From Alphaproteobacteria bacterium (GTDB lineage: Bacteria > Pseudomonadota > Alphaproteobacteria > CAAHEQ01 > UBA3637), in assembly GCA_045605805.1 (NCBI GenBank), contig JAZUQR010000027.1, positions 96,001 to 160,000 of the forward strand: a stretch of DNA of 64,000 nt, given 5' to 3'. The notes under the pieces were generated by a model, which was not told the origin of the DNA, did no database searches, and saw only the letters and a program-made list of their open reading frames with translations. Positions 1-12,000 of this stretch are shown here, piece after piece (position 1 is the first letter of the stretch; each line of letters starts with the position of its first letter). The translations under genes and the position numbers were made by a program.

Positions 1-6
1 ACGGCT

Positions 7-1104
7 GTGCCCAGAAAGGGGTGGACTTTGGGCAAAGCCACTTTAACCGCCACCAACTCGGCCAACATCCCCATTCAAGTGCTTTCCCCCTTTCAACAGC
101 CCTATACCACCCAAACAACCTTGCCAATAAGCCCTTTTTTAGCCGGCAAGTCTGTATCAAGCCTAACCGTTTTTATCACAGGACAATGGAATGCCTGTTC
201 CGATTCGGGCTGTATCAATGTGCCAATCAACCTTCAAAAAACGCTGGAAAAAGGCATGGATTTCATCACGCCCCAATGCAACAATATCACTGTGGCCTTG
301 GGCCTTACCCCCATCCCGATGCATGCCACGAAAATCAAAGGATGGGCCATACAACAAGGCGATTCGGCTCTTATTACTTTGGATTTAGAAAAAACACCCA
401 AATCCGCCCTGATTTATGACCAAAATAAACAGCCCCTTTCTGTGGACATCTCACTCAACAAAAAACGCCTTCAATTTCAACTGCCCGCAACAAATAAGGT
501 GCAATTCTATCTTCAAACCTATCATCATATCTATGAAATAGACCTGCCCCTGTTGCCAGCCGGCACATCTGTGCCACCTGCCCCCCTTTCGTGGTGGGAC
601 TATCTGAACGCTCTGGTCGGCCTGTGTATTTTATCTGCCTGCCCCATCTTTTGGGCCAGAAGCAAAGAACAAACCCAAAAACAATTTCAAAAAGAAGCCC
701 TGAAAACAGCCGTTTTAACGCTGGGGATGGGAGTGATAACAATATGCGGGCTGTGGCTGATACCACATCTGAATATCTGTCAAATACCATTTTCAAAAAA
801 CATCACCCTGATTTTAATGGCACTGGGTCTTTTAATCATTCCGGCACACCCTGTGTTGGTCATCTTTTTCTCGCTGATAGCCCCAAAGCCTTATCTCAGT
901 TTTCTCAGCACAGAACATCTGTTGAGCACATCCCTTTTGATTTTGATGGCCACGGTTATCACAGCCGGCACATTCTTGGTACAATACCGCTATGCCAAAC
1001 CGATTTATAAGACACTGCATCATAAAAAAACAGAAAGCACAATTTGGTGGTGCGCAAGAATCCCGTGGATACTCTTGATGCTCTATCTTGCCGTTTATTT
1101 ATAA
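7..1104 (+). CDS. Membrane protein, possibly a degenerate DsbD/ScsB-like protein (probably 5'-truncated by the window edge)
   Basis: [13 protein letters not shown] resembles the DsbD N-domain Cys pair; several C-terminal TM helices including ILSACP; no thioredoxin domain. Confidence 0.4.
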   Translation: MPRKGWTLGKATLTATNSANIPIQVLSPFQQPYTTQTTLPISPFLAGKSVSSLTVFITGQWNACSDSGCINVPINLQKTLEKGMDFITPQCNNITVALGLTPIPMHATKIKGWAIQQGDSALITLDLEKTPKSALIYDQNKQPLSVDISLNKKRLQFQLPATNKVQFYLQTYHHIYEIDLPLLPAGTSVPPAPLSWWDYLNALVGLCILSACPIFWARSKEQTQKQFQKEALKTAVLTLGMGVITICGLWLIPHLNICQIPFSKNITLILMALGLLIIPAHPVLVIFFSLIAPKPYLSFLSTEHLLSTSLLILMATVITAGTFLVQYRYAKPIYKTLHHKKTESTIWWCARIPWILLMLYLAVYL

Positions 1105-1532
1105 GCATCCCGCTGGGCAACTGCCAAAGCATCCACCCGTTCATTATACACATTACCCGCATGGCCCTTTACCCAATGCCATGTAATTTCGTGGGCATCC
1201 AACAAATCGGCCAAAATCTGCCATAAATCCACATTCAAAACGGGCTTTTTATCGGCCTTTCGCCACCCTTTTTCCTGCCATCCGGCAAGCCACTTGGTTG
1301 CCCCTTCCAACACATATTTGCTGTCTGTATATAAGTGAACAACACATTTTTGCTTCAAGGCTTTAAGGCCTTCAATCACGGCCGTCAGCTCCATGCGATT
1401 ATTGGTTGTCACAGCCTCACCACCGGATAATTCTTTTTCTTTATCTCCATAAACCAAAACGCATGCCCATCCCCCAGCCCCTGGGTTTCCGGAACATGCG
1501 CCATCGGTATATAAAGTCACTTCCTTAATCAT
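1095..1532 (-). CDS. rnhA: Ribonuclease HI
   Basis: [31 protein letters not shown] motifs. Confidence 0.97.
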   Translation of the reverse strand: MIKEVTLYTDGACSGNPGAGGWACVLVYGDKEKELSGGEAVTTNNRMELTAVIEGLKALKQKCVVHLYTDSKYVLEGATKWLAGWQEKGWRKADKKPVLNVDLWQILADLLDAHEITWHWVKGHAGNVYNERVDALAVAQRDAYK

Positions 1533-1980
1533 CTAAATCGTATTGAATGATTAAATCATAAAGTTCTTTTTCATCGGAAGCCTTACGCAAAGCCGACACA
1601 GCCTCCTCGTTTCGTAAAAGTCGGGATAATCTGGCCAAAGCCTTTAAGTGATCAGCACCAGCTTCTTCTGGCACAAGCAACACAAAAGCCAAATCAACAG
1701 GTTTATTATCCACCGAATCAAATTCAACCGGTTCAGTTGTTGCAAACCCGCAAAAGATTTTTTTCAGCTTTGGCAAGCGAGTATGGGGCAAAGCCACCCC
1801 AAACCCAATGCCGGTTGTCCCCAAACGTTCCCGTTCAATCAAAGCATCCAAAACAACTGTTTCATCCAAACCAACCTTTTCACAAGCCAACGCAGCCAAT
1901 TGTGTCAACAACTGTTTTTTTGTCTTGGCCTTCAAATGAAACAACACGGATTCAGGTGCCAAAATATCAGAGATTTTCAT
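1525..1980 (-). CDS. ptsN: PTS IIA-Ntr nitrogen regulatory protein
   Basis: [29 protein letters not shown]; follows hpf. Confidence 0.95.
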   Translation of the reverse strand: MKISDILAPESVLFHLKAKTKKQLLTQLAALACEKVGLDETVVLDALIERERLGTTGIGFGVALPHTRLPKLKKIFCGFATTEPVEFDSVDNKPVDLAFVLLVPEEAGADHLKALARLSRLLRNEEAVSALRKASDEKELYDLIIQYDLDD

Positions 1981-1989
1981 AAAAACTCC

Positions 1990-2538
1990 TTATTTATTTT
2001 TTGGATCAACCCAACCAATGTTTCCATCGGCACGGCGGTAAATCATATTCAAGCCACCATGAGCTGTATTACGGAACAACAAAGCGTTTTGGCCAGATAA
2101 ATCCATACGCATCACAGCGGTTGCCACAGTACATAAAGGCAATTCTGTTTGCATTTCGGCAACAATCACCGGAGCATCGGCCACTTCTTCTTTGTCTTCT
2201 TCGGAATCAATCACAGACATATCCACCATTTCAACAGTGCTGTATTTATGATTGACAAGTTTGTTTTTATACTTATTCAATTGACGATGCATCTTACCCA
2301 ATGCTTGATCAATACAAGCATAAGCATCACCGGCTTCACCTTCTGCAAAAATCATAGCCCCACGCACAGGATGTACCACAACTTCGGCTTTTAACATATC
2401 ACCAGAACGAGACACTTTCACCGTTGCATCCAAAGCATTTGGAAAATACTTTTGAGCAATATCTGTCAATTTTTCTGTTGTATAAGTTGTCCAGCTTTCG
2501 CCCAAATCAATTTGATGTCCACTTATATTTACTTGCAT
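1990..2538 (-). CDS. hpf: Ribosome hibernation promoting factor (long HPF)
   Basis: MQVNISGHQIDLG N-terminus; C-terminal YRRADGNIGWVDP. Confidence 0.93.
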   Translation of the reverse strand: MQVNISGHQIDLGESWTTYTTEKLTDIAQKYFPNALDATVKVSRSGDMLKAEVVVHPVRGAMIFAEGEAGDAYACIDQALGKMHRQLNKYKNKLVNHKYSTVEMVDMSVIDSEEDKEEVADAPVIVAEMQTELPLCTVATAVMRMDLSGQNALLFRNTAHGGLNMIYRRADGNIGWVDPKNK

Positions 2539-2605
2539 TTTATTCCCTTTCAGTTAAAATATCTATCTATACGAATACCATACTGATTTTTTGAAGGATT
2601 GTCAA

Positions 2606-3691
2606 GTGGTCACAAAAAAAACAACACAAAATATCCAAACAGGGCTGTATATACATTGGCCATATTGTATCAACAAATGTCCCTACTGTGATTTTGCCAG
2701 CACGGTGTGTTGCCATCCCAACGAAGAAATGCTTTGGAAGGGGTACGAAAAAGATATTGATTTTTTCAAAACAACGGCAACAATCACAAGTCTTTTTTTT
2801 GGGGGCGGCACCCCCAGTTTAATGAGCCCGCAATTTTTGGAAAAGTTGTTGAACAAACTGATTCAAACTTATTCTTTGGCCAAAGAGGCGGAAATCTCTA
2901 TGGAGGTCAATCCAGACACTGTGGATAAAAATAAATTACAAGCTTTCAAATCATTGGGGATAAATCGCCTGTCAATCGGGGTACAATCCTTAAACGAGAC
3001 AGCCTTAAAAATGTTAGGCCGAACGCACAGCGTTCAAACCGCTTTGAATTGCATCCAAACCGCCCAAACATTGTTTGATAATATCAACATTGATTTAATC
3101 TATGCTCGCCCCCATCAATCATTAAAAAGTTGGGAAAAAGAATTAAAGTCTGCCCTTGCCTTAAACTTACCCCATTATTCGCTGTATCAATTGACCATAG
3201 AAGAAAAAACAATCTTTGAAAAAAAAGGCATCAAAGCGGCCTCACAATTACAAGCCCGCAAACTGTACCAATTGACCGACAACCTGATGAGCGAAGCCCA
3301 AAAACCAGCGTATGAAGTCTCAAACTATGCCAAAAAAGGATTTGAATGTCGCCATAATCTAACCTATTGGCTGGGCAAAGATTACATTGGTATCGGTCCG
3401 GCCGCCCATGGACGATTGGGTTTAACAGCCACAAGCAATCCTCGCTCTGTTTCCTTGTGGATAAAAGAAAATCCGCAAACAGAAACCCTAACACAACAAG
3501 AACGAGATTTAGAAAAACTCTTGATGGGGCTCAGATTAAGAACAATCCCATATCCGACTCAAAACCTGAATGAAACACAAATCAAAAAAGCCCTTCAAAA
3601 AAATTGGATTAAAATAACCGATAAAGGCATCTTACCCACCCAAGAAGGCACTTTAATGTTAAACAGCCTTATTCTGTTATTGGCTGAATAA
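2606..3691 (+). CDS. hemW: Radical SAM heme chaperone HemW
   Basis: YIHWPYCINKCPYCDF, FGGGTPS, YEVSNYA, HNLTYW; GTG start chosen after AAGGA (ORF track starts at 2591). Confidence 0.93.
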   Translation: MVTKKTTQNIQTGLYIHWPYCINKCPYCDFASTVCCHPNEEMLWKGYEKDIDFFKTTATITSLFFGGGTPSLMSPQFLEKLLNKLIQTYSLAKEAEISMEVNPDTVDKNKLQAFKSLGINRLSIGVQSLNETALKMLGRTHSVQTALNCIQTAQTLFDNINIDLIYARPHQSLKSWEKELKSALALNLPHYSLYQLTIEEKTIFEKKGIKAASQLQARKLYQLTDNLMSEAQKPAYEVSNYAKKGFECRHNLTYWLGKDYIGIGPAAHGRLGLTATSNPRSVSLWIKENPQTETLTQQERDLEKLLMGLRLRTIPYPTQNLNETQIKKALQKNWIKITDKGILPTQEGTLMLNSLILLLAE

Positions 3692-4898
3692 AATCACCCC
3701 ACGGATTATGGGCTTCTGATAAAGGCATAAACTCGGGCATAACAACAGGCGTTGCCCCCCGCATTTTTTTCTGCATCAATTGCAACGGGCGTTGATTGGT
3801 TCCGTCTGGATTCAAACGCACCTCACCATCCACACCATCAAAAGCACCAACCAAACGCAAATTATCCAACGATACCGGCACACCTTGCTCGGCCACATCA
3901 AACACAAGCCCCATCGCATCATACATTTGCGAAGCAATCCGTATGGGTTGTTCCCCAAAAGCAGACTTATAATTTTGAGCAAAAGAATTAAAACCACTGG
4001 CATCCAAATCGGCAAAATAAACCCCATTAGCATTGGCATCATTGATAGATTTGACCACCGTCAAAGCATATAAAGGAATATCTTTTGGACCGGCATCATA
4101 AAAGGGCATCAAACTTAAAATCTGACGCAGTTTAACCCCTTCTTCAAAAATAAAAATAGCATCCAATCCAGCCCTCTCTGTCATTGGTTTGGCCAATTCC
4201 AACTGTTCTTCTTCGGTTAAATCGGGCTTATCGGCATCAATTTCCTCAGGCAACAAGCGTTTCACAGCATTGGTAAAATTCATTGTTTCAGCATCATATA
4301 AAGAAACCTTTTCAGGGCGCATAGCCGGACAATCTGCCAAAGCGTCATTCAAAGCCTCTTTGGCAATCGCCCCAATCCGACTGTCCGAAGCCAATACCCC
4401 CAGTCTAAATTGCCCAACAGCACAGGCATAGCGCACCATCTGACGCACCTGATCAGCCACTGTCACCGCCATTGTGCCCACCTTATCATTCACTAATTGT
4501 GTATCCGAAGTAAAGGTCAACAACGGCACCGAAACACCACCGTCTTGAATAGCCGCCACTTCTTGTGAAAAAATAGGCCCTAAAACAACATCCGGTTTTT
4601 GGGCCACCGCCCAATCATAGGCCTGTTCCGCCCCTTTTTGTGTACTCATTGTATCAAAAAACAAAGTTTTCATTTTAACATCTTTATGGTCAAAAACGGC
4701 CTGTAAAGCAGCATTTTGTAAATGCTTGCCCGCTTCGGCATATTCACCGGTCAACGGCAACACAATGGCCACAGTTGGCACAACCTGCTGTGACACAGAA
4801 TCAGAAAAAACACTTTCTTGCCAAAAAATGGGCTGACGCTGAACAGAACACGCCCCAAAAGCCACAAAACTTGTCAATAATAAAACTTTTTTTAACAT
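3669..4898 (-). CDS. Penicillin-binding protein activator (LpoA-like lipoprotein)
   Basis: Lipobox-like FGAC, VAIVLPLTG, FDGVDGEVRLNPDG; divergent from rsmI as usual. Confidence 0.8.
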   Translation of the reverse strand: MLKKVLLLTSFVAFGACSVQRQPIFWQESVFSDSVSQQVVPTVAIVLPLTGEYAEAGKHLQNAALQAVFDHKDVKMKTLFFDTMSTQKGAEQAYDWAVAQKPDVVLGPIFSQEVAAIQDGGVSVPLLTFTSDTQLVNDKVGTMAVTVADQVRQMVRYACAVGQFRLGVLASDSRIGAIAKEALNDALADCPAMRPEKVSLYDAETMNFTNAVKRLLPEEIDADKPDLTEEEQLELAKPMTERAGLDAIFIFEEGVKLRQILSLMPFYDAGPKDIPLYALTVVKSINDANANGVYFADLDASGFNSFAQNYKSAFGEQPIRIASQMYDAMGLVFDVAEQGVPVSLDNLRLVGAFDGVDGEVRLNPDGTNQRPLQLMQKKMRGATPVVMPEFMPLSEAHNPWGDFIQPITE

Positions 4899-4963
4899 AA
4901 GATTTCCTTTTCTATGACTTTTATGATATACTGAAATAAAGATTATTTCAAGGAGATTTTTTT

Positions 4964-5797
4964 ATGCTTTATCTTGTTTCCACCCCCATCGGCAACCTAG
5001 GTGATATAAGCCCCCGAGCCAAAGAAGTTTTACAACAGGCCGACTTGGTTGCCTGTGAAGATACACGCACAAGCCGACAATTGTTCAATCTGCTTGGTAT
5101 AAAAGTCAAAGCAACAACAGCCTATCATGACCACAACGCAGACGAAGCACGCCCCAAACTGATTGAAAAAATGAAAAAAGGGGCATGTGTTGCCTTGGTC
5201 TCTGATGCCGGCACCCCTTTGGTTTCCGACCCCGGCTATAAATTGGTCCGAGACTGTCACAAAGAACATATCAAAGTGTCAACAGTACCAGGGGCAAATG
5301 CTGTGTTATCGGCTTTACAGCTGTCTGGGCTATCCTCTGCCTCCTTTTATTTTGGTGGCTTTCTACCCACAAAATCTGGTGCCAGAAAAGAACATTTGGC
5401 ACAAGTAAAAGACTTAAAAAGCACCTTGATTTTTTATGAATCCCCCAACCGACTTCTGAAAGCGTTGTCCGACATTTTAACAATCTATGGCAATCGGGAA
5501 ATGGCGGTAGTTCGGGAAATTACCAAAAAGTTTGAAGAAACAAAAAAAGAAACGGTGGAACATTTAATCGCTGAGTACACCATAAACGGCACCCCAAAAG
5601 GAGAGCTTGTTTTGGTGATTGAAGGAGCCACACAAGAACAAACCCACCCCGTTCACAATTGGGAAAAATTGATTCAAAGTGTTCGGCCAACCTACCCTGT
5701 AAAACAGGCCGCCCAAATCTTGTCCGAACAAACCGGACATAACAAAAAAGAAATCTATCAAATGATAGTCGCCTATGAAAAAGAAAACAAACTATAA
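4964..5797 (+). CDS. rsmI: 16S rRNA C1402 2'-O-methyltransferase
   Basis: LYLVSTPIGNLGD, EDTR, SDAGTPLVSDPG, FYESP. Confidence 0.97.
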   Translation: MLYLVSTPIGNLGDISPRAKEVLQQADLVACEDTRTSRQLFNLLGIKVKATTAYHDHNADEARPKLIEKMKKGACVALVSDAGTPLVSDPGYKLVRDCHKEHIKVSTVPGANAVLSALQLSGLSSASFYFGGFLPTKSGARKEHLAQVKDLKSTLIFYESPNRLLKALSDILTIYGNREMAVVREITKKFEETKKETVEHLIAEYTINGTPKGELVLVIEGATQEQTHPVHNWEKLIQSVRPTYPVKQAAQILSEQTGHNKKEIYQMIVAYEKENKL

Positions 5798-6140
5798 AAC
5801 CGGCCATTTTGCCGAAAAAGTTGCCTTAGTGTATCTGATGGTCAAAGGATATAAACATATTGCCCATAACCATATCACAGGCAAAGGCACAGGGGCAGGT
5901 GAAATTGATTTAATCATGTATAAGAAAAAAACCTTAGTTTTTGTGGAAGTAAAAAAACGCAAGAACAAATATGTGGCAGGCGAAGCGGTCACCCTTAAAA
6001 ATCAACAACGCACCAGCAAAGCAGCCGACGTCTTTTTGAAAAACCATCCCGCTTATCAAAACGCAGCCATACGATTTGATGTTATCCTGTTTGGCAAAAG
6101 TTTATGGCCACATCACATCAAACAAGCGTGGTATTTATAA
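5775..6140 (+). CDS. yraN: YraN family endonuclease-like protein
   Basis: GEIDLI, LVFVEVK, IRFDVI; downstream of rsmI. Confidence 0.92.
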   Translation: MKKKTNYKTGHFAEKVALVYLMVKGYKHIAHNHITGKGTGAGEIDLIMYKKKTLVFVEVKKRKNKYVAGEAVTLKNQQRTSKAADVFLKNHPAYQNAAIRFDVILFGKSLWPHHIKQAWYL

Positions 6141-7409
6141 GGGCGGCGGAATCACTTCAATTTTGGCTAACTGGTTGTGGATTTTTTCATGAATCACAAA
6201 AGTCCATCCGTTCACCACAAAAGTTTGCCCTTTGTTGGGAATGCGTTCTAAATAATACATCACATACCCTGCCAAAGTGGCCGCATGTTCATCAGAAAGA
6301 TCCCAACCAAAGTGACGATTGATATCCCGAATCGTGGTTGTTCCATCCAATAAATACCCTGCCGAAGCAGTTCTTTCATAATGGAAAGTAGAGTCGGCCA
6401 CATTGTCAGTCTCATCCGAAATATCACCCACAATTTCTTCCAAAAGGTCTTCCAAAGTCAAAATACCTTGCCAACCACCATATTCATCAACAATCACAGC
6501 AAAATGTTCACGGCGTTTTTTGAAGGCAATCAATTGATCTAACAACGAAGTGGTGTTCAAAACAAACCACGGTTTAGAACAAAAGTCCATCAACTTTAAT
6601 GGATGAGTTTTGCCATAAAAAAGAGGCATCATCCGCATCACAGATTTTGTATGTATCACACCAACGATATTATCCCGCCGACCTTGATACACAGGAATAC
6701 GGCTGTAAGGTGTTTTTGTCACAAATTGAATCACATCTGCAATAGGGGTGTTTGAATTCAAAGAAACAACCTTGGATCTGTGCATCATAATATCACTGAC
6801 CGTCACTTCATCCAAATCAAGCACACTGTTGAGCATCCCTTTTTCCTGAGGCAAAACATCTTCCTCTTGCATAGCCAAAGTTCCCCGAATTTCGGCTTTC
6901 AGCTGTTCGTCTGGCGTATGGTTCAAATCACTTTTTGGCAATAACCTCATCGCACAATGAGTCAGCCAATTCAGAGCATACACAACAGGTTTGAACAACC
7001 AAACAATTCCCATTAAAATAGGCGAAACATGCAAAGCCATAGACAAAGCATTAGAGATCGCATAAGTTTTAGGCAAAATCTCACCAAAAATCAACACCAA
7101 AACGCTCACAACAAAAGTGGAAATTAAAACACCATAATGTGGCCCAAACACTTCCACCATCAAACCGGTAGAAATAGCCGTAAAAGCAATGTTGACAATG
7201 TTATTCCCAAACAAAATCGTTCCCAAAAAAGTGCCGGAATCTTTTTTAAGTTCTAATAATTTATCGGCCCATTTATTGCCCCGCTTGGCCTGTTCATGCA
7301 ACAAAGATTTTGAAACAGCCGTCACAGCCGTTTCCGTTCCCGAAAAGAAAAACGAACAACATAACAAAAAAAACAAAACAACCCAAGACATTTTACTTCT
7401 TCCTTTCAT
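6135..7409 (-). CDS. HlyC/CorC (CNNM-CBS) family transporter
   Basis: FFSGTETA, IFGEILPK, YSRIPVY, VDEYGG, TLEDLLEEIVGDI. Confidence 0.93.
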   Translation of the reverse strand: MKGRSKMSWVVLFFLLCCSFFFSGTETAVTAVSKSLLHEQAKRGNKWADKLLELKKDSGTFLGTILFGNNIVNIAFTAISTGLMVEVFGPHYGVLISTFVVSVLVLIFGEILPKTYAISNALSMALHVSPILMGIVWLFKPVVYALNWLTHCAMRLLPKSDLNHTPDEQLKAEIRGTLAMQEEDVLPQEKGMLNSVLDLDEVTVSDIMMHRSKVVSLNSNTPIADVIQFVTKTPYSRIPVYQGRRDNIVGVIHTKSVMRMMPLFYGKTHPLKLMDFCSKPWFVLNTTSLLDQLIAFKKRREHFAVIVDEYGGWQGILTLEDLLEEIVGDISDETDNVADSTFHYERTASAGYLLDGTTTIRDINRHFGWDLSDEHAATLAGYVMYYLERIPNKGQTFVVNGWTFVIHEKIHNQLAKIEVIPPPL

Positions 7410-7962
7410 AACAAGACTTGTATGGTGAAATCACCTGTGATTCTTCCAATTTTTTCAAAAGTCTAACCACCGTTTTAGAAGGATGCTCATCAAATGAGTC
7501 AATGGTTAAATCGGCTTGGGCATACAACGGATAACATTCCGTCACCAAGCGTTCAATCACTTTTTGATTATCCATAGAAGGCACCAAAGGACGATGTTTT
7601 CTGCCCTCTGTGCGACCGGAAATCACATCCGCACCGGCTTTAATCCATATAGAAACACTTTTGTCTTTTGCCAATTCACGAGTCTTGGCCGACAAAAAAG
7701 CCCCTCCACCGGAAGATAAAACACAAGGCGGCCCATTCAACAGGCGTTCCATCACTTTTTCTTCACCTAAGCGAAACTCAGTTTCCCCATATCGGGCAAA
7801 TAAATCAGAAATAGAAAAACCCGTCATCCGTTCAATTTCTTTATCAGAATCCACAAAAGGCAACTGCAACCTGCGGGCCAATAAACGCCCCAAACTGGTC
7901 TTCCCAACACCCATCATCCCTACCAGCAACAAGATTTTGGGTTGTAATAATTTTTGACTCAT
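7393..7962 (-). CDS. aroK: Shikimate kinase
   Basis: GMMGVGKT, DSDKEIE, GETEFR, GGGA, RPL. Confidence 0.92.
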   Translation of the reverse strand: MSQKLLQPKILLLVGMMGVGKTSLGRLLARRLQLPFVDSDKEIERMTGFSISDLFARYGETEFRLGEEKVMERLLNGPPCVLSSGGGAFLSAKTRELAKDKSVSIWIKAGADVISGRTEGRKHRPLVPSMDNQKVIERLVTECYPLYAQADLTIDSFDEHPSKTVVRLLKKLEESQVISPYKSCYERKK

Positions 7963-8016
7963 GCTACATTATATATCATATTTTTTACAATTTGTCCACA
8001 AATAAAGGAGAAAAAC

Positions 8017-8166
8017 ATGAAATACTATCAAAAAAGACGCCACCTTATCAGCAAAATGATTGCGGGAATCATCCTATTCTTCATCCTCTTTTTTGCCTTG
8101 TGTGATTGTACCCCGAAAGCAACCACGACACAAACCACCATCACCTTTGAAAGAAATGGGTCATGA
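8017..8166 (+). CDS. Small single-TM protein upstream of xerD
   Basis: AAGGAG RBS, ATG at 8017; basic N-terminus plus hydrophobic helix; stop overlaps the xerD start (ATGA). Confidence 0.6.
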   Translation: MKYYQKRRHLISKMIAGIILFFILFFALCDCTPKATTTQTTITFERNGS

Positions 8167-9068
8167 TACCCAAAGAAATTGATGTTTTTTTACAAATGCA
8201 AACAGCCGAATGTGGGGCATCACCCAACACAATTTCAGCATACAAACATGATTTGGAATCGCTTCATGCATTTTTACAAACACACCATAATTCCTTAACA
8301 AGCGCCACAAGTCAAGATCTTAAAGAATATATTGATGATTTAAGTCAACACCACTATTCGCCCAAAACACAAGCCCGTCGCCTGTCCAGTATGCGAGAGT
8401 TTTATAAGTTTCTGTTTTCCGAAAAAACCATCAAATCCAATCCCACCGACTATCTGCACAGCCCCAAAACACAAAAACCATTACCCAAATACCTCAGCGA
8501 AGAAGATATTTTTACACTAATTGCCAATGGGGATAAAATCAACCACCGTCTGTCCACATTATTGGAAGTTTTATACGCATCCGGTATGCGAGTCAGTGAA
8601 TTGGTCGGTCTGCCCATGTCGGCCGTTTCACAAGAAAATAAGCGTCTGTATATTACGGGGAAAGGACAAAAAGAACGCATTGTTCCCTTAAACGAAAAAG
8701 CCTGTGAAGCATTGGAAAAATGGATCTTAAAACGAGAACTTCTGTTTCCCCGAGCACAAAAAAATAAATGGCTGTTTCCAGCGGCATCAAAATCGGGCCA
8801 TTTAACACGAGGTGTTTTCTTCAAAGAATTAAAAAAATTGGCTGTATTGTGTGATATTGATCCAACAAAAGTATCACCCCATGTATTTCGTCACTCATTT
8901 GCCTCCCATTTAATTGCCCATGATGCCGATTTAAGGTCTGTGCAAAAACTTTTGGGCCACGCTGACATCGCCACCACAGAAATTTATACGCATATTTTAC
9001 CAAATAGATTAAAAAAGGTCATTGAAAAATCTCATCCTTTGTCGTATAATAACCAAAAGGATGAATAA
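8163..9068 (+). CDS. xerD: Tyrosine recombinase XerD
   Basis: LYASGMRVSEL, GKGQKER, SPHVFRHSFASHL, LLGHADIATTEIY; next to aroK. Confidence 0.92.
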   Translation: MIPKEIDVFLQMQTAECGASPNTISAYKHDLESLHAFLQTHHNSLTSATSQDLKEYIDDLSQHHYSPKTQARRLSSMREFYKFLFSEKTIKSNPTDYLHSPKTQKPLPKYLSEEDIFTLIANGDKINHRLSTLLEVLYASGMRVSELVGLPMSAVSQENKRLYITGKGQKERIVPLNEKACEALEKWILKRELLFPRAQKNKWLFPAASKSGHLTRGVFFKELKKLAVLCDIDPTKVSPHVFRHSFASHLIAHDADLRSVQKLLGHADIATTEIYTHILPNRLKKVIEKSHPLSYNNQKDE

Positions 9069-12000
9069 ATGAAGATTATAGACAAATACATTTTTCGGCA
9101 AACATTGGTTGGCTATCTGACAATTTTAATCAGTTTAACCGTCTTGATATGGTTGACACAATCCCTGCGCATGGTGGATATGATTGTCACCAAAGGGGTT
9201 TCTGTGGGTATTTTTTTGGAAATGACCCTTTTGGTGCTGCCAAACTTTTTACAAATTTTATCCCCCTTAGCCTTGTTTGGGGTAGCCTTGTTTGTGTTTA
9301 TCCGCATGCAATCGGACAAAGAACTGATTGTCTTAAAGGCTGTTGGCATGAACGCCAAACAATTGATAAAACCCTTGTTTATGTTAGGTGGTTTTTTGGT
9401 TTTCTTTGGCTATTTGCTCACCTTATGGGTGATTCCCGCCTCATATGCCCAACTGCGCCAAATGAAATGGAAAATACAAAACAATCTGTCTCACCTTTTG
9501 TTGCAAGAAGGGCAATTCAGCTCGTTCAAAAACGGCATGACATTATACATTCGGGAGCGAGAAGATGCCGGCAAAGTCAAAGGCATTCTGGCACATGAAA
9601 TCAAAAAAGATAAAAAGTCTGTGCTTATTGCCGAAGAAGGCTCAATGATTCAAACCCCCGAAGGTATCAGTTTAACATTCAATAACGGCACCCGCCAAGA
9701 GTTTAATACAAAAACGAAAGAGTTTTCTATCTTAAAATTTGATAAGCATACCATGCTGTTTGAACATTCGGCAAACAAATCCAGCCGAAAAATAGACCCC
9801 CGTGAAATGCCCTTAAAACAACTTATCCAAGCCCAACCAAATCAAGTAAAAGATGGCCCAACCTATCGCAAATATAAGGTAGAAGCCTTCAAACGCCTAA
9901 CACAACCGCTGTACAATTTATTGTTTTTATGGTTGGCTGCCTTTGGTGTTTTAAGTGGTCATTATAACAGACGGGGTCAATCCCGCCAAATCAATGCTGT
10001 TGTCATTGCAGCTGTTTTAATTCAATCTTTATCATTGGCCTTTGAAAACATTGCCACACGCAACCTGTGGGGCATAAGTTTAATGGGATTCAACTTACTT
10101 ATGCCATTGGTAATTTTGTATTTTGTCTTATTCAAAGAACGCAAAATCGGTTGGATACATTTAATGTTGCTGCTCTCTTTAACAGGAATTGGGACAAACG
10201 CCTATGCCGGTCCGAAATTGGACTTACAAAATCATGATGCCAAGGCCCCTATTGATTTTGAAGCAGACAATATGGACTACAACATCAAAACAAACATTTT
10301 AACCGCATCAGGGAATGTGGTTTTAACACAAAATCAAATGAATGTGCAAACACCAAAAATTATATACAACCAAGATACAGACGAGGTAAAAATCCCGCAA
10401 AAAACAAAAATTACCTTGCCAGACGGCACAAAATCAACCGTTCAAAATATGATGCTATACCCCAAAAAATCGGAAGCAACAGCCAACACCATCACCAGCA
10501 TTTTAACAGACGATTCCCGCATCACAGCCGAACAAATGATAAGCACCCAGAAGGGCGATATTATTTTGTTGAAAAACGCCACATACACGCCTTGCGATAC
10601 ATGTGAAGCCAAAGCCCCCCTGTGGCAAATTGAAGCCAAAGAAGTGAAACAAGATTTCACAGACCATACCCTATCTTATAAACATATGTTTTTGGATATA
10701 AAAGATATCCCTGTGTTATACTTTCCTTACTTTCAAATGCCGGATGCAACCATCAAACGCAAATCAGGTTTTTTGAACCCCAGTATCCGCCATACAAGCG
10801 AAATGGGCCTGTCATTAGAAACACCTTTATTTGTGGATATAGCCGAAAATCAAAATCTGCTCATCACACCGGTGATTTCTGCCAAACACTTACCATTGGG
10901 GATTGTAAATTATAACGGCTTATTCACCAAAGGTATTCTGAATGTACAATTCAGCGGCACGCAAGATAAAGATAACGAAAACGAAGGTCACCTGAAAGCC
11001 AACTTTGAATATGATATGACACAAAACCTCCGTTTAACAGGGCAATACTTCCGCACGCTCAGCGACACCTATTTCCGCCGATATGATATTGAAGGCATCA
11101 ATGATTCAGATTCTTTTTTGCGTTCTTATTTAACCGCTGAATACTTTGGCACGAGATTTTATACAAAAGCAAAAACATGGCATTTTCAAAGTCTGTTAAA
11201 TGAAGTGAACAGCCGTTCGTTGCCTGTCATCATTCCAACTGTGGATATGCAGTACCACACCAAACCACTGTTTAATACCAATCTGTATGCCTTTACCAAC
11301 ATCAATACCGCCTTATATAACACCCGCAACCATTTCAAATCTAACCGTCTGTCTTTAACGCAAGGATTTACCCTTCCCTATACCACTTCGTTTGGGTTGG
11401 TCACCGAAACAAAAGCAAGCCTGCGTTTTGATGGCTATGTGATAGACAGTGGCAAAGACAATCTGGTTTCCAAACATCCGGAAGACACCTATAACAAAGG
11501 ACGCTTTACCCCTATATTCAGCACAAAAATCAGTTATCCCTTGTTCACTACAACAAAGCAAACAACTCAAGTTTTGGAACCCATTATTATGATGGTGATG
11601 TCCCCCAATACAAAGAACAGCCAAAACATTCCTAATTTAGACAGTACCGTCTTTAACTTTGACGATACCAACCTGTTTTCCGAAAACCGTTTTGCCGGCT
11701 ATGACCGCATAGAAACAGGCACACGCATCAACTATGGTTTGCAATGGACAGCCTATCAAAATGATGCCAAAGACAGATCTTTATCCATCTTATTTGGCCA
11801 ATCCTATCGCTTGAACGAATCGGAAGAATTAAAAGATGTGATGGGATACAGCCACCACCTGTCCGACTATGTGGGAAACATTCAATTAAACTATCAACAC
11901 CTGAATCTATACTATCGTTTCCGCTTAAATCGTGAAAACCTGTCCAAACGCAAAAATGACATTGGTTTTTCTGTGGGTGGCAACCCCTTGCGAGTTGGAC

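Noticed and set aside
8163-9068. Tyrosine recombinase as a prophage or island integrase
   Set aside because: Size, motifs and the aroK neighbourhood fit housekeeping XerD; no att sites or cargo genes nearby.
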